This document shows, piece by piece, positions 38,410 through 47,131 of a stretch of 64,000 bases of DNA. The translations under genes were made by a program, and so were the position numbers. The notes below the pieces were generated by a model. The model saw nothing but the letters and a program-made list of their open reading frames with translations, searched no databases and had not been told where the DNA came from. This stretch comes from Candidatus Eiseniibacteriota bacterium. GTDB taxonomy: Bacteria > Joyebacterota > Joyebacteria > Joyebacterales > Joyebacteraceae. Positions within the stretch are counted from its first letter, which is position 1, and every line of letters starts with the position of its first letter. The stretch covers positions 29,004 to 93,003 of the forward strand of contig JBDRFG010000008.1 in NCBI GenBank assembly GCA_043819135.1, written 5' to 3'.

Positions 38410-39359
38410 TTCTTCTTACCTCGTTCGGTGGGTTTCTTCTTTGTGGGTTTCTTCCCGGCGGTCTTCTTCCCCGCCGGCTTCTTCTTCGCGGGCGTCTTCC
38501 TTTTACCTTTGAGCTTCTTCGCCGCGGCCCCTTTTCCCGTGCCCTTCCTCGGCTTGAGCGGCTGACACTTCGGACATATGAAGCTCGCTGTGCCGCCGGT
38601 CTTGATCTTCACTACCGAATCACTGCAGGCCGGACAGGGCTTGCCTTCACGATATCCGACGATGATGTCCTTCATCTTGAACCCGCCGCGCTTCCCGTAG
38701 AGGTCGCGCTCGTAGAACGCGCCGCGCTTCTTCAGGGCAGGCTTCAGCCCCTTCTGTATGCCGTTCCAGAGCGCCTCGACATCATCATCGGACAGAGTGT
38801 CGATGGTGCGAAGCGGATGCAGCCTCGCGAGGAAGAGAATGTCGTGGACGTAGGCGTTCCCGATGCCGGCGATGCGCTCCTGGTTCAGGAGGAACGACTT
38901 GATGGCACCCTTGCGTTTGCTGAGCATCTCGCGGAACTCCGCCAGGGACACGTCGATGGCGTTGGGCCCGAGCTTCGCGCTCATCGTGTGCTTGCCCAGC
39001 GCGCCCTCAGCGGCATAGTGGGTGTATCCGAACCACCAGAAGTTGATCGCGAGCGTGGTCTTGTCCATGAAGTGAAACGCGATGCGCCACTTCTCGGGCA
39101 TGCTCTTCCTGTCGACAAGAAGCATCTCCCCACCCATGCCCATGTTAATGAGGAGATACCCCTTCGTGGTCTCGGTGAAGAGCCACTTTCCGTGGTAGGT
39201 GGTCCCCTTGAGCTTCGCACCCGCAAGCGCGCTCTTGAACTTCTTCGCCGGGACGTTCAGACACTTGGACTGGAGGACCTCTATCTCCTTGATGGTCTTA
39301 CCGGTGAGTTCCTTCTGCATCTCACGCGCGCGCGACGCTATCTCGGGGAGCTCGGGCAT
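38406..39359 (-). CDS. Fpg/Nei family DNA glycosylase with Lys-rich C-terminal tail
   Basis: N-terminal PELPE, H2TH AGIGNAY..DILF, zinc finger CPAC...CPKCQ. Confidence 0.9.
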   Translation of the reverse strand: MPELPEIASRAREMQKELTGKTIKEIEVLQSKCLNVPAKKFKSALAGAKLKGTTYHGKWLFTETTKGYLLINMGMGGEMLLVDRKSMPEKWRIAFHFMDKTTLAINFWWFGYTHYAAEGALGKHTMSAKLGPNAIDVSLAEFREMLSKRKGAIKSFLLNQERIAGIGNAYVHDILFLARLHPLRTIDTLSDDDVEALWNGIQKGLKPALKKRGAFYERDLYGKRGGFKMKDIIVGYREGKPCPACSDSVVKIKTGGTASFICPKCQPLKPRKGTGKGAAAKKLKGKRKTPAKKKPAGKKTAGKKPTKKKPTERGKKK

Positions 39360-39372
39360 GTGACTTCTCCGT

Positions 39373-40440
39373 CTAAGAAAGATAGATGGCGAACTTGCAG
39401 CGGTCGTGGCCCTGCAGCACGGATTCCTCGCACGTCACCCTGACGGACCTCTCCAGAATGGCCTCCCACAGGGGCTTGAACCAGCCCGCGCCGCAGTTAC
39501 AGAACGTCGGCGACACCTTCCCGCCCCTCAGGATCGTCGCCTTGATGATGGGGCAGTGGCAGGCGGAGGCGCGCTTGACAACAGGGTCGGTCGCCTCCTT
39601 GTGCTTCGCCGCCTCTTGCGGAGCCTTGTCTATGAAGATGACGTCGTTCCCGCGCTCGGGGTCTTTGTAGTAGGGCGCTCCCTCGTAGCCCGGGTCTTCC
39701 TGGAGCCACGCCATGAACGGCTCGAGGCCGCCGAGTTCATCGTACTTGCTCTTGAGCTTCCGGATCTGTTCGGCCGGGTAGATGTGGGCGCAGCGGCACA
39801 CTATCTCCCGACGCGTGTCCGCATCGGGGACGGCCGCGTCCAGACGCTCCATCGCGCTCTTCACCCAGGCGATCTTGTCGTCGGTGTCGGACTGCGGGGA
39901 GATGTCTTCGCTGCCCTCGAGCACGTCGCGCCTGACGTCGTCGCCCGCGAAGCGCCCAAGGCTGTCCTCGAACCTCTCGAGCCACTTCGGCAGGAGCATC
40001 GGAACCTGAAGCTCGGCGGTGTACACGCCCGGGTCTTCCGGGTCGTCTCCGAGGTGCGCCTCCCGCCACGGCTCCTCCGATACGCCGATGTGGTGCTCGA
40101 TGGTGTAGCGCCACATCGCCCCGAACTGCTCCCCTATAGACTTGCCCGCCTCCTCGGAACCGTACTGTCCACGGAAGGTCGAGCACAACATCTGGCCGCC
40201 CTCGAGCACGCGACTCTTCACCTCGCCGCTCTCGATGGGCGCAGTGACCGGCAGACACACCTCTATAATACCCCCGCCGCGGTATATGGCGATGCGATCG
40301 CCGTCGGTGTGCGGTCCGACCACACCCTCAAGTTTCGTGAAATGGTCACCTATCTCATCGTAACCACCCTGGAACCGTATGGTTGCCACGAGCGTGTCGT
40401 CGACGGTCTTCCAGTGCACGTTCAGTTGGTCGTTCGCCAC
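39373..40440 (-). CDS. GyrI-like effector-binding domain fused to a Cys-rich DUF6144/V4R-like domain
   Basis: N-terminal EVCLPV...RE.HL...TAELQVP; C-terminal C.C, CHCP, FCNCGAGW and ESVL.G..RCKFAI. Confidence 0.65.
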   Translation of the reverse strand: MANDQLNVHWKTVDDTLVATIRFQGGYDEIGDHFTKLEGVVGPHTDGDRIAIYRGGGIIEVCLPVTAPIESGEVKSRVLEGGQMLCSTFRGQYGSEEAGKSIGEQFGAMWRYTIEHHIGVSEEPWREAHLGDDPEDPGVYTAELQVPMLLPKWLERFEDSLGRFAGDDVRRDVLEGSEDISPQSDTDDKIAWVKSAMERLDAAVPDADTRREIVCRCAHIYPAEQIRKLKSKYDELGGLEPFMAWLQEDPGYEGAPYYKDPERGNDVIFIDKAPQEAAKHKEATDPVVKRASACHCPIIKATILRGGKVSPTFCNCGAGWFKPLWEAILERSVRVTCEESVLQGHDRCKFAIYLS

Positions 40441-40551
40441 GAGGGCTTCTCCTCCCGATCCGTGTGGATGAGTCAACCCGCTTCATCAGGTTCAACACGC
40501 GCTCGCTCGCGTCGGCTGCATGCGTCTGAAAGGTCCGCAGGAACGTCAACA

Positions 40552-43086
40552 CTACGACGGCAGGATGATCCTCGGGCGCCGGACGCCCACGCGGAGCTGC
40601 GTGGTGCCGTCGACGAGTGCCAGCCGGCCCTCGTGCGCTGAAAGAGCATCCATAAGCTCCTTCGCTATTGACGAGGCCCCGAAGGCCCCGGTCATGACCA
40701 GCGTGAAGCCGAGTTGCGGCTCCAGCACATCCTCGAGGTCAACGCCGCCCGCGATGAGTCCGGCCGCGCCCGTTTCCCGGCACTCCGTGATCGCGGCCGC
40801 GTCCGCGCGCTCGAGCACGGCCACGCACCCGGGCTCGATGTGGCCTATCGTCAGCGGACCGTGCGTCTCGCCGCCGCTTCCCCAGACCCCGTGGATGTCT
40901 GTCCCCTCGCTCACGACCGTGCACCCTCGCTCGGTCACCGACTCCACGGTCCCCGGGAGCCACGCCTGGACTTCGAGTTCCTCCAAAAGCGGCTCTATCA
41001 TGATCATACCGAAACGCTTGTTGATCCGGGAGACCTTCCCGCGAACGGGCGACTTCGACGTTCTGAATGAACCTCCGGAAGTGACGGCCGCGAGCCACTG
41101 ACCGCGCTCGATTTCATCGCCGACCGCGACCTTGAGATACGGCTTCAGCCGGTCGGCGTGCACGCCGAGTTCCTTCGCCACTTGAACCGTTGTCAGCACT
41201 TGAGCCTCTTCGGGGCTTTCCCGCACGACCACCGTCCCGTCGGGCAGGATCTTCTCGATTCTTCCCTCCACGGGTGAGCGGTAGGAGTGCGGATTTCCGA
41301 ATCGCTTCTGCTGCTTCGCGATGACCTCTTTCCTGGCGACATCGTCCCCGACGCCCTTTAGCAGCACATCGCCAATACTTTCCGGCTCGACCTTCATCAC
41401 GCGCGCCACGTTCAGGAAGAACGGCCTCAAGAACTGCCGGACGCTCCTGGCGACTATGGTGTCGGCCTCAACAACATCGCCCGGCTTGACAAATACCTCT
41501 CCCTCGGTCGCCAGCTCTCTTCGTATGGAGATTCGTCCGCGTTCTACGCGCGACTCCGCGTGAACGCGTTCATCGCTACCAGGTGGCTCGAAGCCGTCCC
41601 CGGCGGTCACGCTTGAAGACCGCACACCGAGAGCGCCATCGACGGTCCCGAGCTTAACGAGCGCCAGTTCGAAGAAGAGTTCCTTCGCGAGCCCCGGATC
41701 CATCTCCGCCAGCACGCCGAGGTGCGGGAACATGACCGCGCGGTCGACCGCGAGTTCGACATGGCCGTCCGGGGTGAGCGCGTCCGTGAGCATCATGGCG
41801 GCCGCGTCTCTCGGCGAGTGCGACAGAATGCCGCCGCTTCCGATGATGAGATCGTAGCCCATAACCTTGAGACGTCCCTTAAGCTCAGGCCTCCCCGGTT
41901 CATCACGAAGCATCGCGTTCACGTCGAGCGCACCCGGAAGCTCGCGCTCGGGCATGCCGGCCATGACCTTCAGGTGCTCTCGCACGGCCTCGCGGATCGC
42001 AACGGTGGCAATCGCCCACTCGATCATTGCGTCCTCGGCGGTAGTGGGGAGACCGGTCGGGTGAACGTGCTTGTTCCCTACCCGGTTCCAGAGTTCCCTT
42101 TCCTCGATCTCGAAATCCAGGAACTCAATGATCTGACGCGCGCCCCCGAGCTCCGCTACGTTGAGCACGCTGTAGCTCATGCCGATGTTGGCGCTGACCG
42201 TACGCACGACCTTACCGCGGCACGCGGAGAAGACGTCGGTGGTCGCTCCGCCTATGTCGATCGCGAGAATGGCCGTATCGAGATCGGCGGAGACGAGCGC
42301 CAGCAGGTCCGCGAACGCCGCCGGCGTCGGGCGGATCGGCGAGGACACCCACGGCTTGAGCTTCTCGTAGCCGGGCGCCACTGACATGACGTGGTCCATG
42401 AAGATCTCGTGGATGGCATTGTGGGCGGGTCTCGTGTTCTCGAGCTTCTCTGACGGACGGACGTTCTCAACCTGCCGGAACAGGAATCCGTCGCCCAACG
42501 CCTGCTCGACATAGGGGCCCGCGTTGACGTTGCCGGCGTAGACGACCGGCAGCTTCGAATCGGGATTGAGCTTGGGGTGGAGTTCGGATTCAACGAGTAG
42601 TTCCGCCAGGAAGGCGGGCGCGGTGATAGCCTCTCCGTCGTATCCGCCCGCAAGGAGCACCATGTCAGGCCGGAGCCTTTTGAGGTCCTCGATCTGGCGG
42701 TAGGCGGTCCGCCCGTCGTTCATACAGATCACATCAAGGACGATGGCTCCCGCGCCCAGGGCGACGCGGTCGGCCGTGTCCGCGGTGATGTTCCTCACCA
42801 GCCCGGTAACGACCATGGCCAGGCCGCCGCCCGCGCTTGAAGTCGAGAGGTACGGCACCGCGGGCGCGCCGTGTTCCAGGAGAACCTCGCCGGACTCCTG
42901 CTCGAGCGCTCGCAGCGCCTGCACAACACCGACGGACACGTCTTCGTGCGGCTTTTCGACCGTCGTCGGTGCCTCGCGGCGGAAATATTCCCAGCCGCTA
43001 TTCTCCGTACGCTGAAACAAAACTGCCTTCGTCGTCGTGCTGCCAACGTCGGTGATACATATCCTGGTTAGCTCGGGGGAGTCCAC
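40552..43086 (-). CDS. GlmL/MutL-like ASKHA ATPase fused to a C-terminal barrel-sandwich-hybrid-like domain
   Basis: TDVGSTTTK, TSSAGGGL, ALGAGA, DIGGATTDVFS and GSGGILSHSP; C-terminal V..GD.V and SPVEGRI repeats. Confidence 0.8.
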   Translation of the reverse strand: MDSPELTRICITDVGSTTTKAVLFQRTENSGWEYFRREAPTTVEKPHEDVSVGVVQALRALEQESGEVLLEHGAPAVPYLSTSSAGGGLAMVVTGLVRNITADTADRVALGAGAIVLDVICMNDGRTAYRQIEDLKRLRPDMVLLAGGYDGEAITAPAFLAELLVESELHPKLNPDSKLPVVYAGNVNAGPYVEQALGDGFLFRQVENVRPSEKLENTRPAHNAIHEIFMDHVMSVAPGYEKLKPWVSSPIRPTPAAFADLLALVSADLDTAILAIDIGGATTDVFSACRGKVVRTVSANIGMSYSVLNVAELGGARQIIEFLDFEIEERELWNRVGNKHVHPTGLPTTAEDAMIEWAIATVAIREAVREHLKVMAGMPERELPGALDVNAMLRDEPGRPELKGRLKVMGYDLIIGSGGILSHSPRDAAAMMLTDALTPDGHVELAVDRAVMFPHLGVLAEMDPGLAKELFFELALVKLGTVDGALGVRSSSVTAGDGFEPPGSDERVHAESRVERGRISIRRELATEGEVFVKPGDVVEADTIVARSVRQFLRPFFLNVARVMKVEPESIGDVLLKGVGDDVARKEVIAKQQKRFGNPHSYRSPVEGRIEKILPDGTVVVRESPEEAQVLTTVQVAKELGVHADRLKPYLKVAVGDEIERGQWLAAVTSGGSFRTSKSPVRGKVSRINKRFGMIMIEPLLEELEVQAWLPGTVESVTERGCTVVSEGTDIHGVWGSGGETHGPLTIGHIEPGCVAVLERADAAAITECRETGAAGLIAGGVDLEDVLEPQLGFTLVMTGAFGASSIAKELMDALSAHEGRLALVDGTTQLRVGVRRPRIILPS

Positions 43087-43295
43087 AGGGCGCTGCCTTT
43101 CCGTCCGAGGATTGCTTCGTCCGAATGTAACACTCCGAGATTCAAGGAGCACGCACACTCACATGTTACCACTCCGGGAAATGTTGTGAAGCAATTCCCG
43201 GAGTCGCACCACCAGACACCGGGAACAAAGCGCGGACTCGCGTCCTCCAATACGCAGATGTCCAACTGGTCACCTGAACAAGGAAGGGGCACCAA

Positions 43296-43730
43296 ATGCG
43301 TAATTATCGCCGATCGTTCGTGATGTTGACGGGTAGTCTGATCCTGATGGCACTGGCCTGTACCGCCTGTGGGGACACGAGCGTCGTAGCTCCCGTCGCA
43401 CCGGCCGAGGCAGCGTCCCGCGCCGACCTGCCTGGAGAGTTCGAGGTTCTCATCCAGATCTCACCCGCCACGCTCGTTCTTGACTCGCCCGGGACCTGGG
43501 TTACCGTGCACGCCGAGATCGCCTACAGAGACGTAGACAGCGCCACTCTCACGATGAACGGTGTGGTGCCGACGTATTCCAAATCAGACGATTGCGGCGA
43601 CCTCGTCGTGAAGTTCGAGCGCGAGGACATTCAGAACATCGTGTCGCCTCCAGAGGCAACGCTCATCCTGACGGGTCTGACCGTATCCGGTGAGTCTTTC
43701 ACAGGCTCGGAGACGATAACGGTCCAATAG
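43296..43730 (+). CDS. Hypothetical secreted/lipoprotein with Ig-like beta domain
   Basis: Signal peptide with Cys (LACTACG); RBS AAGGAAGGGG; beta-rich sequence. Confidence 0.7.
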   Translation: MRNYRRSFVMLTGSLILMALACTACGDTSVVAPVAPAEAASRADLPGEFEVLIQISPATLVLDSPGTWVTVHAEIAYRDVDSATLTMNGVVPTYSKSDDCGDLVVKFEREDIQNIVSPPEATLILTGLTVSGESFTGSETITVQ

Positions 43731-43792
43731 GGTCGTCCATCGAACACGCTTCATACCCGCCGCGGTGTCATGCAGGCATCGCGGCGGGTCTC

Positions 43793-44257
43793 TTATAGAA
43801 GCAGCCCACCCTCGTGCCTGAGAAGCCATTCCTTCCGCTCAAGGCCGCCCCCGTAGCCCGTCAGGCCCCCGTCGCTGCCGATGACCCTGTGACAGGGCAC
43901 AATGATCGAGATGGGATTGTCGCCGTTGGCCGCCCCGACCGCGCGCACGGCGGCGGGCTTCCCTATGGCCCGCGCGAGGTCGCCATACGAGACCGTCTGC
44001 CCGTATGTGATGCTCTGGAGTCCCCGCCACACTTCCCGCTGGAACTCGGTCCCCCTGAGCGCGATCGGCAGGTCGAACTCCTGTCGAGAGCCCGCGAAAT
44101 ACTCGCCAATCTGCCTGACAGCTTCCTCGCACACGTCGTTCGTGGCGGCGCCTGCTCGTCGCTCTTCGACGAAGAAGAGCGAGGTGACTCCCTCTGAAGT
44201 ACCACCTATCTCGATCAGACCTATCGGCGAATCGTAGTACGCGAAAGATGTCTGCAT
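43793..44257 (-). CDS. ogt: Methylated-DNA-protein-cysteine methyltransferase
   Basis: GTEFQ..VW, RAVG.A and PCHRV active site. Confidence 0.95.
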   Translation of the reverse strand: MQTSFAYYDSPIGLIEIGGTSEGVTSLFFVEERRAGAATNDVCEEAVRQIGEYFAGSRQEFDLPIALRGTEFQREVWRGLQSITYGQTVSYGDLARAIGKPAAVRAVGAANGDNPISIIVPCHRVIGSDGGLTGYGGGLERKEWLLRHEGGLLL

Positions 44258-44283
44258 GTTGCCTCCCGACGCGCCCGCCCTCT

Positions 44284-44535
44284 CTAGCCGTCAAGATCGG
44301 TGCGTGAAAGCGTCCATCCCATCGTGCGGGTGTTGTACACGAGTTCGTAGAAATCTTCTTCGCTGGTTATCACGGAGAAGTAGTGAAGCTTGTACTGCCC
44401 GTCGTGTTCCTCCCACTTGCCCGTCACCCTGTCGACGTCGAAGATCCTGTTCTTCCATTTGAAACGAAGAGGGTCGAGTTGGCCGCCGCTGAACCTGGTC
44501 AGAACCGTGACCGACTCGTTGATTTCATGGATCAT
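44284..44535 (-). CDS. Small DUF6504-like protein (83 aa)
   Basis: P.RFKW..R...V..V...W...YFSV......YELVY.....W.L pattern; true start at ATG 44535 inside the longer track ORF. Confidence 0.7.
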   Translation of the reverse strand: MIHEINESVTVLTRFSGGQLDPLRFKWKNRIFDVDRVTGKWEEHDGQYKLHYFSVITSEEDFYELVYNTRTMGWTLSRTDLDG

Positions 44536-44651
44536 TCCATCTAGCCCCGTTTCGTAGGTGTTCTCGTGGCGGGACGCATTTCCGGCCGACGGAATCGGCG
44601 GACGGATGCGGCACAGTTGACCCGGCGTCGTCTGCCCGAGCCGTCGGCGCG

Positions 44652-45407
44652 TCACTGCTGCCGGACCCCGACCGGCATGATCCCGAGCGGCTCGGCGTCG
44701 ATCCGGAGGATCTTCTTTACCCCCTCGTCGGAGAACGCTCCGACGAACGTGGTCCCTAAGCCCAGGGTTTCCGCCTGGAGGTGTATGTTCTCGGCGACGG
44801 CACCCACTTCTATATGAACGTACCGGATGCCGCGATCGCCGTACTTCTCCATGGTCCTCGAGTAGACGCCTGCTATCACGATGTCGAGCGCCGCTTCCCT
44901 GACACACTCCTGCGACAGCGCCTCGTCACAGAGCTCGGATCTCAGGTCTCCCTTTCTGATCATCTCTAGGGAGTGAGTCTTGGGAATATACCGGTAGGCG
45001 CCCGCCGCGAGGTCGTCGACCTTCCCCGCAACGACGAAGATCTCTATCGGGTACTTGGCGCCCGCCGATGGCGCCGCGCGCTTGATGCCGTCTTCCCCTG
45101 TCACGCCCTGCGCTGCCCAGAGAAGTTGCGACACATCGGCGAGAAGCACCGGCGCGTCTCGGAACCTGCGCACCGAGCGCCTGCGCGAGATGGCCTCCTC
45201 CACCGACAACGACCCCGTCTTCCTGGGCCTGGGCAGCGGCACCACGTCCGGGTGCGACGATTTGAGTTCCTCTTCGCTCGTGCGAGCATCCTCATTTATG
45301 GTGATCTCGCGGACCTTGGCGGGCGTGCCCGTCAGAAGAATGAGAGCCACGACGAAGGTCGCGATCGCCACCACGCGCTTCATCGAATACGTTCTTGTAC
45401 GCATCAT
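44652..45407 (-). CDS. SagB/ThcOx-family nitroreductase-like dehydrogenase with N-terminal signal/TM
   Basis: RRSVR, LLWAAQG, PSAGAKYP and EVGAVAEN..L; ATGA overlap with lexA. Confidence 0.88.
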   Translation of the reverse strand: MMRTRTYSMKRVVAIATFVVALILLTGTPAKVREITINEDARTSEEELKSSHPDVVPLPRPRKTGSLSVEEAISRRRSVRRFRDAPVLLADVSQLLWAAQGVTGEDGIKRAAPSAGAKYPIEIFVVAGKVDDLAAGAYRYIPKTHSLEMIRKGDLRSELCDEALSQECVREAALDIVIAGVYSRTMEKYGDRGIRYVHIEVGAVAENIHLQAETLGLGTTFVGAFSDEGVKKILRIDAEPLGIMPVGVRQQ

Positions 45408-46033
45408 CTTTGGAACCTCCTCATAAGCCCGACAACACGCCCGAGAACCCGGACGTCGCCACGCTTGTCGAGCAGGATGTCGTCGTAGTCCGGGTTCTCA
45501 GGTCGGAGCACGACCTTCCCCTTTGAGGCCACGTAGGTCTTGACTGTCGCCTCGTCGTCGAGCATCACCACAACGATGTCACCGTTCTTCGCGTCGGGCT
45601 GCGGACTCACTATCACAAGGTCGCCGTTGATGATCCCGGCGTTCTTCATACTGTCGCCGGTGACGCGCAACGCGAAACACTCTTCGTTCTGAGCTATCAT
45701 CTCGTCGACCGCGAGCCTTCCCTCGATGTTCTCTTCCGCGAGCATCGGAACGCCGGCCGCGACTCGACCGACCAGCGGGATCTCTATGGTGCTGCGAGAA
45801 GGCTCGACCTTAACGTGATGCTCGAGCCACTCGATGCCGCGCGAGATCCCCTTGCTCCTCTTTATGTACCCGAGCTTCTCGAGAATGGAGAGGTGATAGC
45901 GCACCCCGTTGGTCGACGAGATGTCGGCCCTCTCACCTATCTCGCGGATGGTTGGCGACCGGTCGTGCTTCCGGATCGTCTCGGTGATGAAGTTGAGAAT
46001 CTCTTCCTGCGTCTGCGTGAGATCGTGTCTCAT
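45404..46033 (-). CDS. lexA: SOS repressor LexA
   Basis: wHTH (PTIREIG...STNGVRYHL), cleavage site VAAG, catalytic GDSM and ATVK; ATG at 46033. Confidence 0.96.
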   Translation of the reverse strand: MRHDLTQTQEEILNFITETIRKHDRSPTIREIGERADISSTNGVRYHLSILEKLGYIKRSKGISRGIEWLEHHVKVEPSRSTIEIPLVGRVAAGVPMLAEENIEGRLAVDEMIAQNEECFALRVTGDSMKNAGIINGDLVIVSPQPDAKNGDIVVVMLDDEATVKTYVASKGKVVLRPENPDYDDILLDKRGDVRVLGRVVGLMRRFQR

Positions 46034-46200
46034 CTCTGGATTATCTCCTGCTCGTAAGACCGAGGCGGGCCGCGCCGTTTGTGGGGATTGGGCGGGCGAG
46101 CTGACCATTTCCCGTTGCCACCCAATGCGCGGCCCTGATACCCCGGCCCGTGGGGAGCCTTTGTTTTCGGAACCCGGAGCGGCTGGCCTGGTTGCCACCC

Positions 46201-46245
46201 TGCACATCTGTGCACCACATTACTGCACGCATGTGCAGGAGTCAA
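46201..46245 (-). promoter_or_regulatory. lexA promoter with two TGCAC-N4-GTGCA operators (SOS boxes)
   Basis: TTGACT-17 bp-TAATGT; palindromes at 46224-46237 (in the spacer) and 46201-46214 (over the TSS). Confidence 0.85.
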
Positions 46246-46393
46246 GAGGAAAAGAAAGGGGCTCTTGGGGAGTGTTCAGAGAACCCCTCAGATACAATTC
46301 CAAGAGGAGGGGCCAGCACCACCGCCGCTGTTGAGGAAGCACGCCGCGCCCGGGGCGACCCTGCCCGGCACAATGCCCCTGAGCATAGCGAAC

Positions 46394-46418
46394 GGGCCGC
46401 CGGAGAATCCGGCGGCCC
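46394..46418. terminator. Hairpin / probable terminator downstream of the DUF5362 gene
   Basis: GGGCCGCCGGA-gaa-TCCGGCGGCCC, perfect 11-bp stem. Confidence 0.6.
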
Positions 46419-46448
46419 TTGAGATCGATACTCGACTCACATCACGGG

Positions 46449-46841
46449 TCAGTAGTTGTTCATGAACGGGATCAGGGAAGCCAGTCCTACGGTGAAGATG
46501 ACAATGATGCTGACGATTATTCCTATCAGAGCCAGCACCCCGTAGATGGTGAAGTAGGTCTTGAGTTTCGACAAGGCGCCGTAGAGCTCCATCTTGCTGC
46601 CGCTCGCTTGCGCCGCCTCCACCGTGCCTGCCGTCTGGAAAAGAAGGACGCCGATCCAGATGGGCAGCCAGCAGATGACTATGCCCACGATCGAGAGGGC
46701 GATGAGAACGCCGTAGATGATCATGAGCACGCCGAGGAACTTCATCCAACCCTTCGCCGCGAACAGCGGAGCGCTGATCTCGCGGATAAGCTGCTGCTCA
46801 CCGCCCCCAGAGGGGGTGAGACCACCGGTCACATCTCCCAC
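46449..46841 (-). CDS. DUF5362 family membrane protein
   Basis: WMKFLGV, WLPIWIGVLL and KLKTYFTIYG; AGGAGG before GTG. Confidence 0.8.
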   Translation of the reverse strand: MGDVTGGLTPSGGGEQQLIREISAPLFAAKGWMKFLGVLMIIYGVLIALSIVGIVICWLPIWIGVLLFQTAGTVEAAQASGSKMELYGALSKLKTYFTIYGVLALIGIIVSIIVIFTVGLASLIPFMNNY

Positions 46842-46939
46842 GATCCACCTCCTGGCTTGAGACCAAGAAGGACCCCATGACACTCGCGGGAGGCTAGCAC
46901 CGACGACGCGCGGCGGTCAAGCGCCTGTCGTGGGGCCCG

Positions 46940-47131
46940 TCAGCGCCCACCCTGAGCAAGTCGCTCCAGCGCGCCCGGCAACATCTCGGTGAACGCGCGG
47001 ATCTCGTCGCGAACCCGACGATAGATGACCAGTGCCTCATCTTCGCCGCGAAGCTCACGTACCTCGCGCGGGTCGATGCCGTGCGGCTCAATACCCGCGG
47101 AGCGCACATCGATCGAGTCCGCCTGGCGCGA
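46940..47131 (-). pseudogene. Arsenate reductase ArsC (LMW-PTP type) remnant
   Basis: Reads SRQADSIDVRSAGIEPHGIDPREVRELRGEDEALVIYRRVRDEIRAFTEMLP; lacks the N-terminal CX5R loop and the central region. Confidence 0.6.

Noticed and set aside
44284-44907. 207-aa version of the DUF6504-like ORF
   Set aside because: The N-terminal part overlaps the nitroreductase gene out of frame; only the last 83 aa look real
46030-46245. Extended lexA N-terminus (start 46207) and small upstream ORFs
   Set aside because: They overlap the promoter and operators; LexA homology starts at ATG 46033
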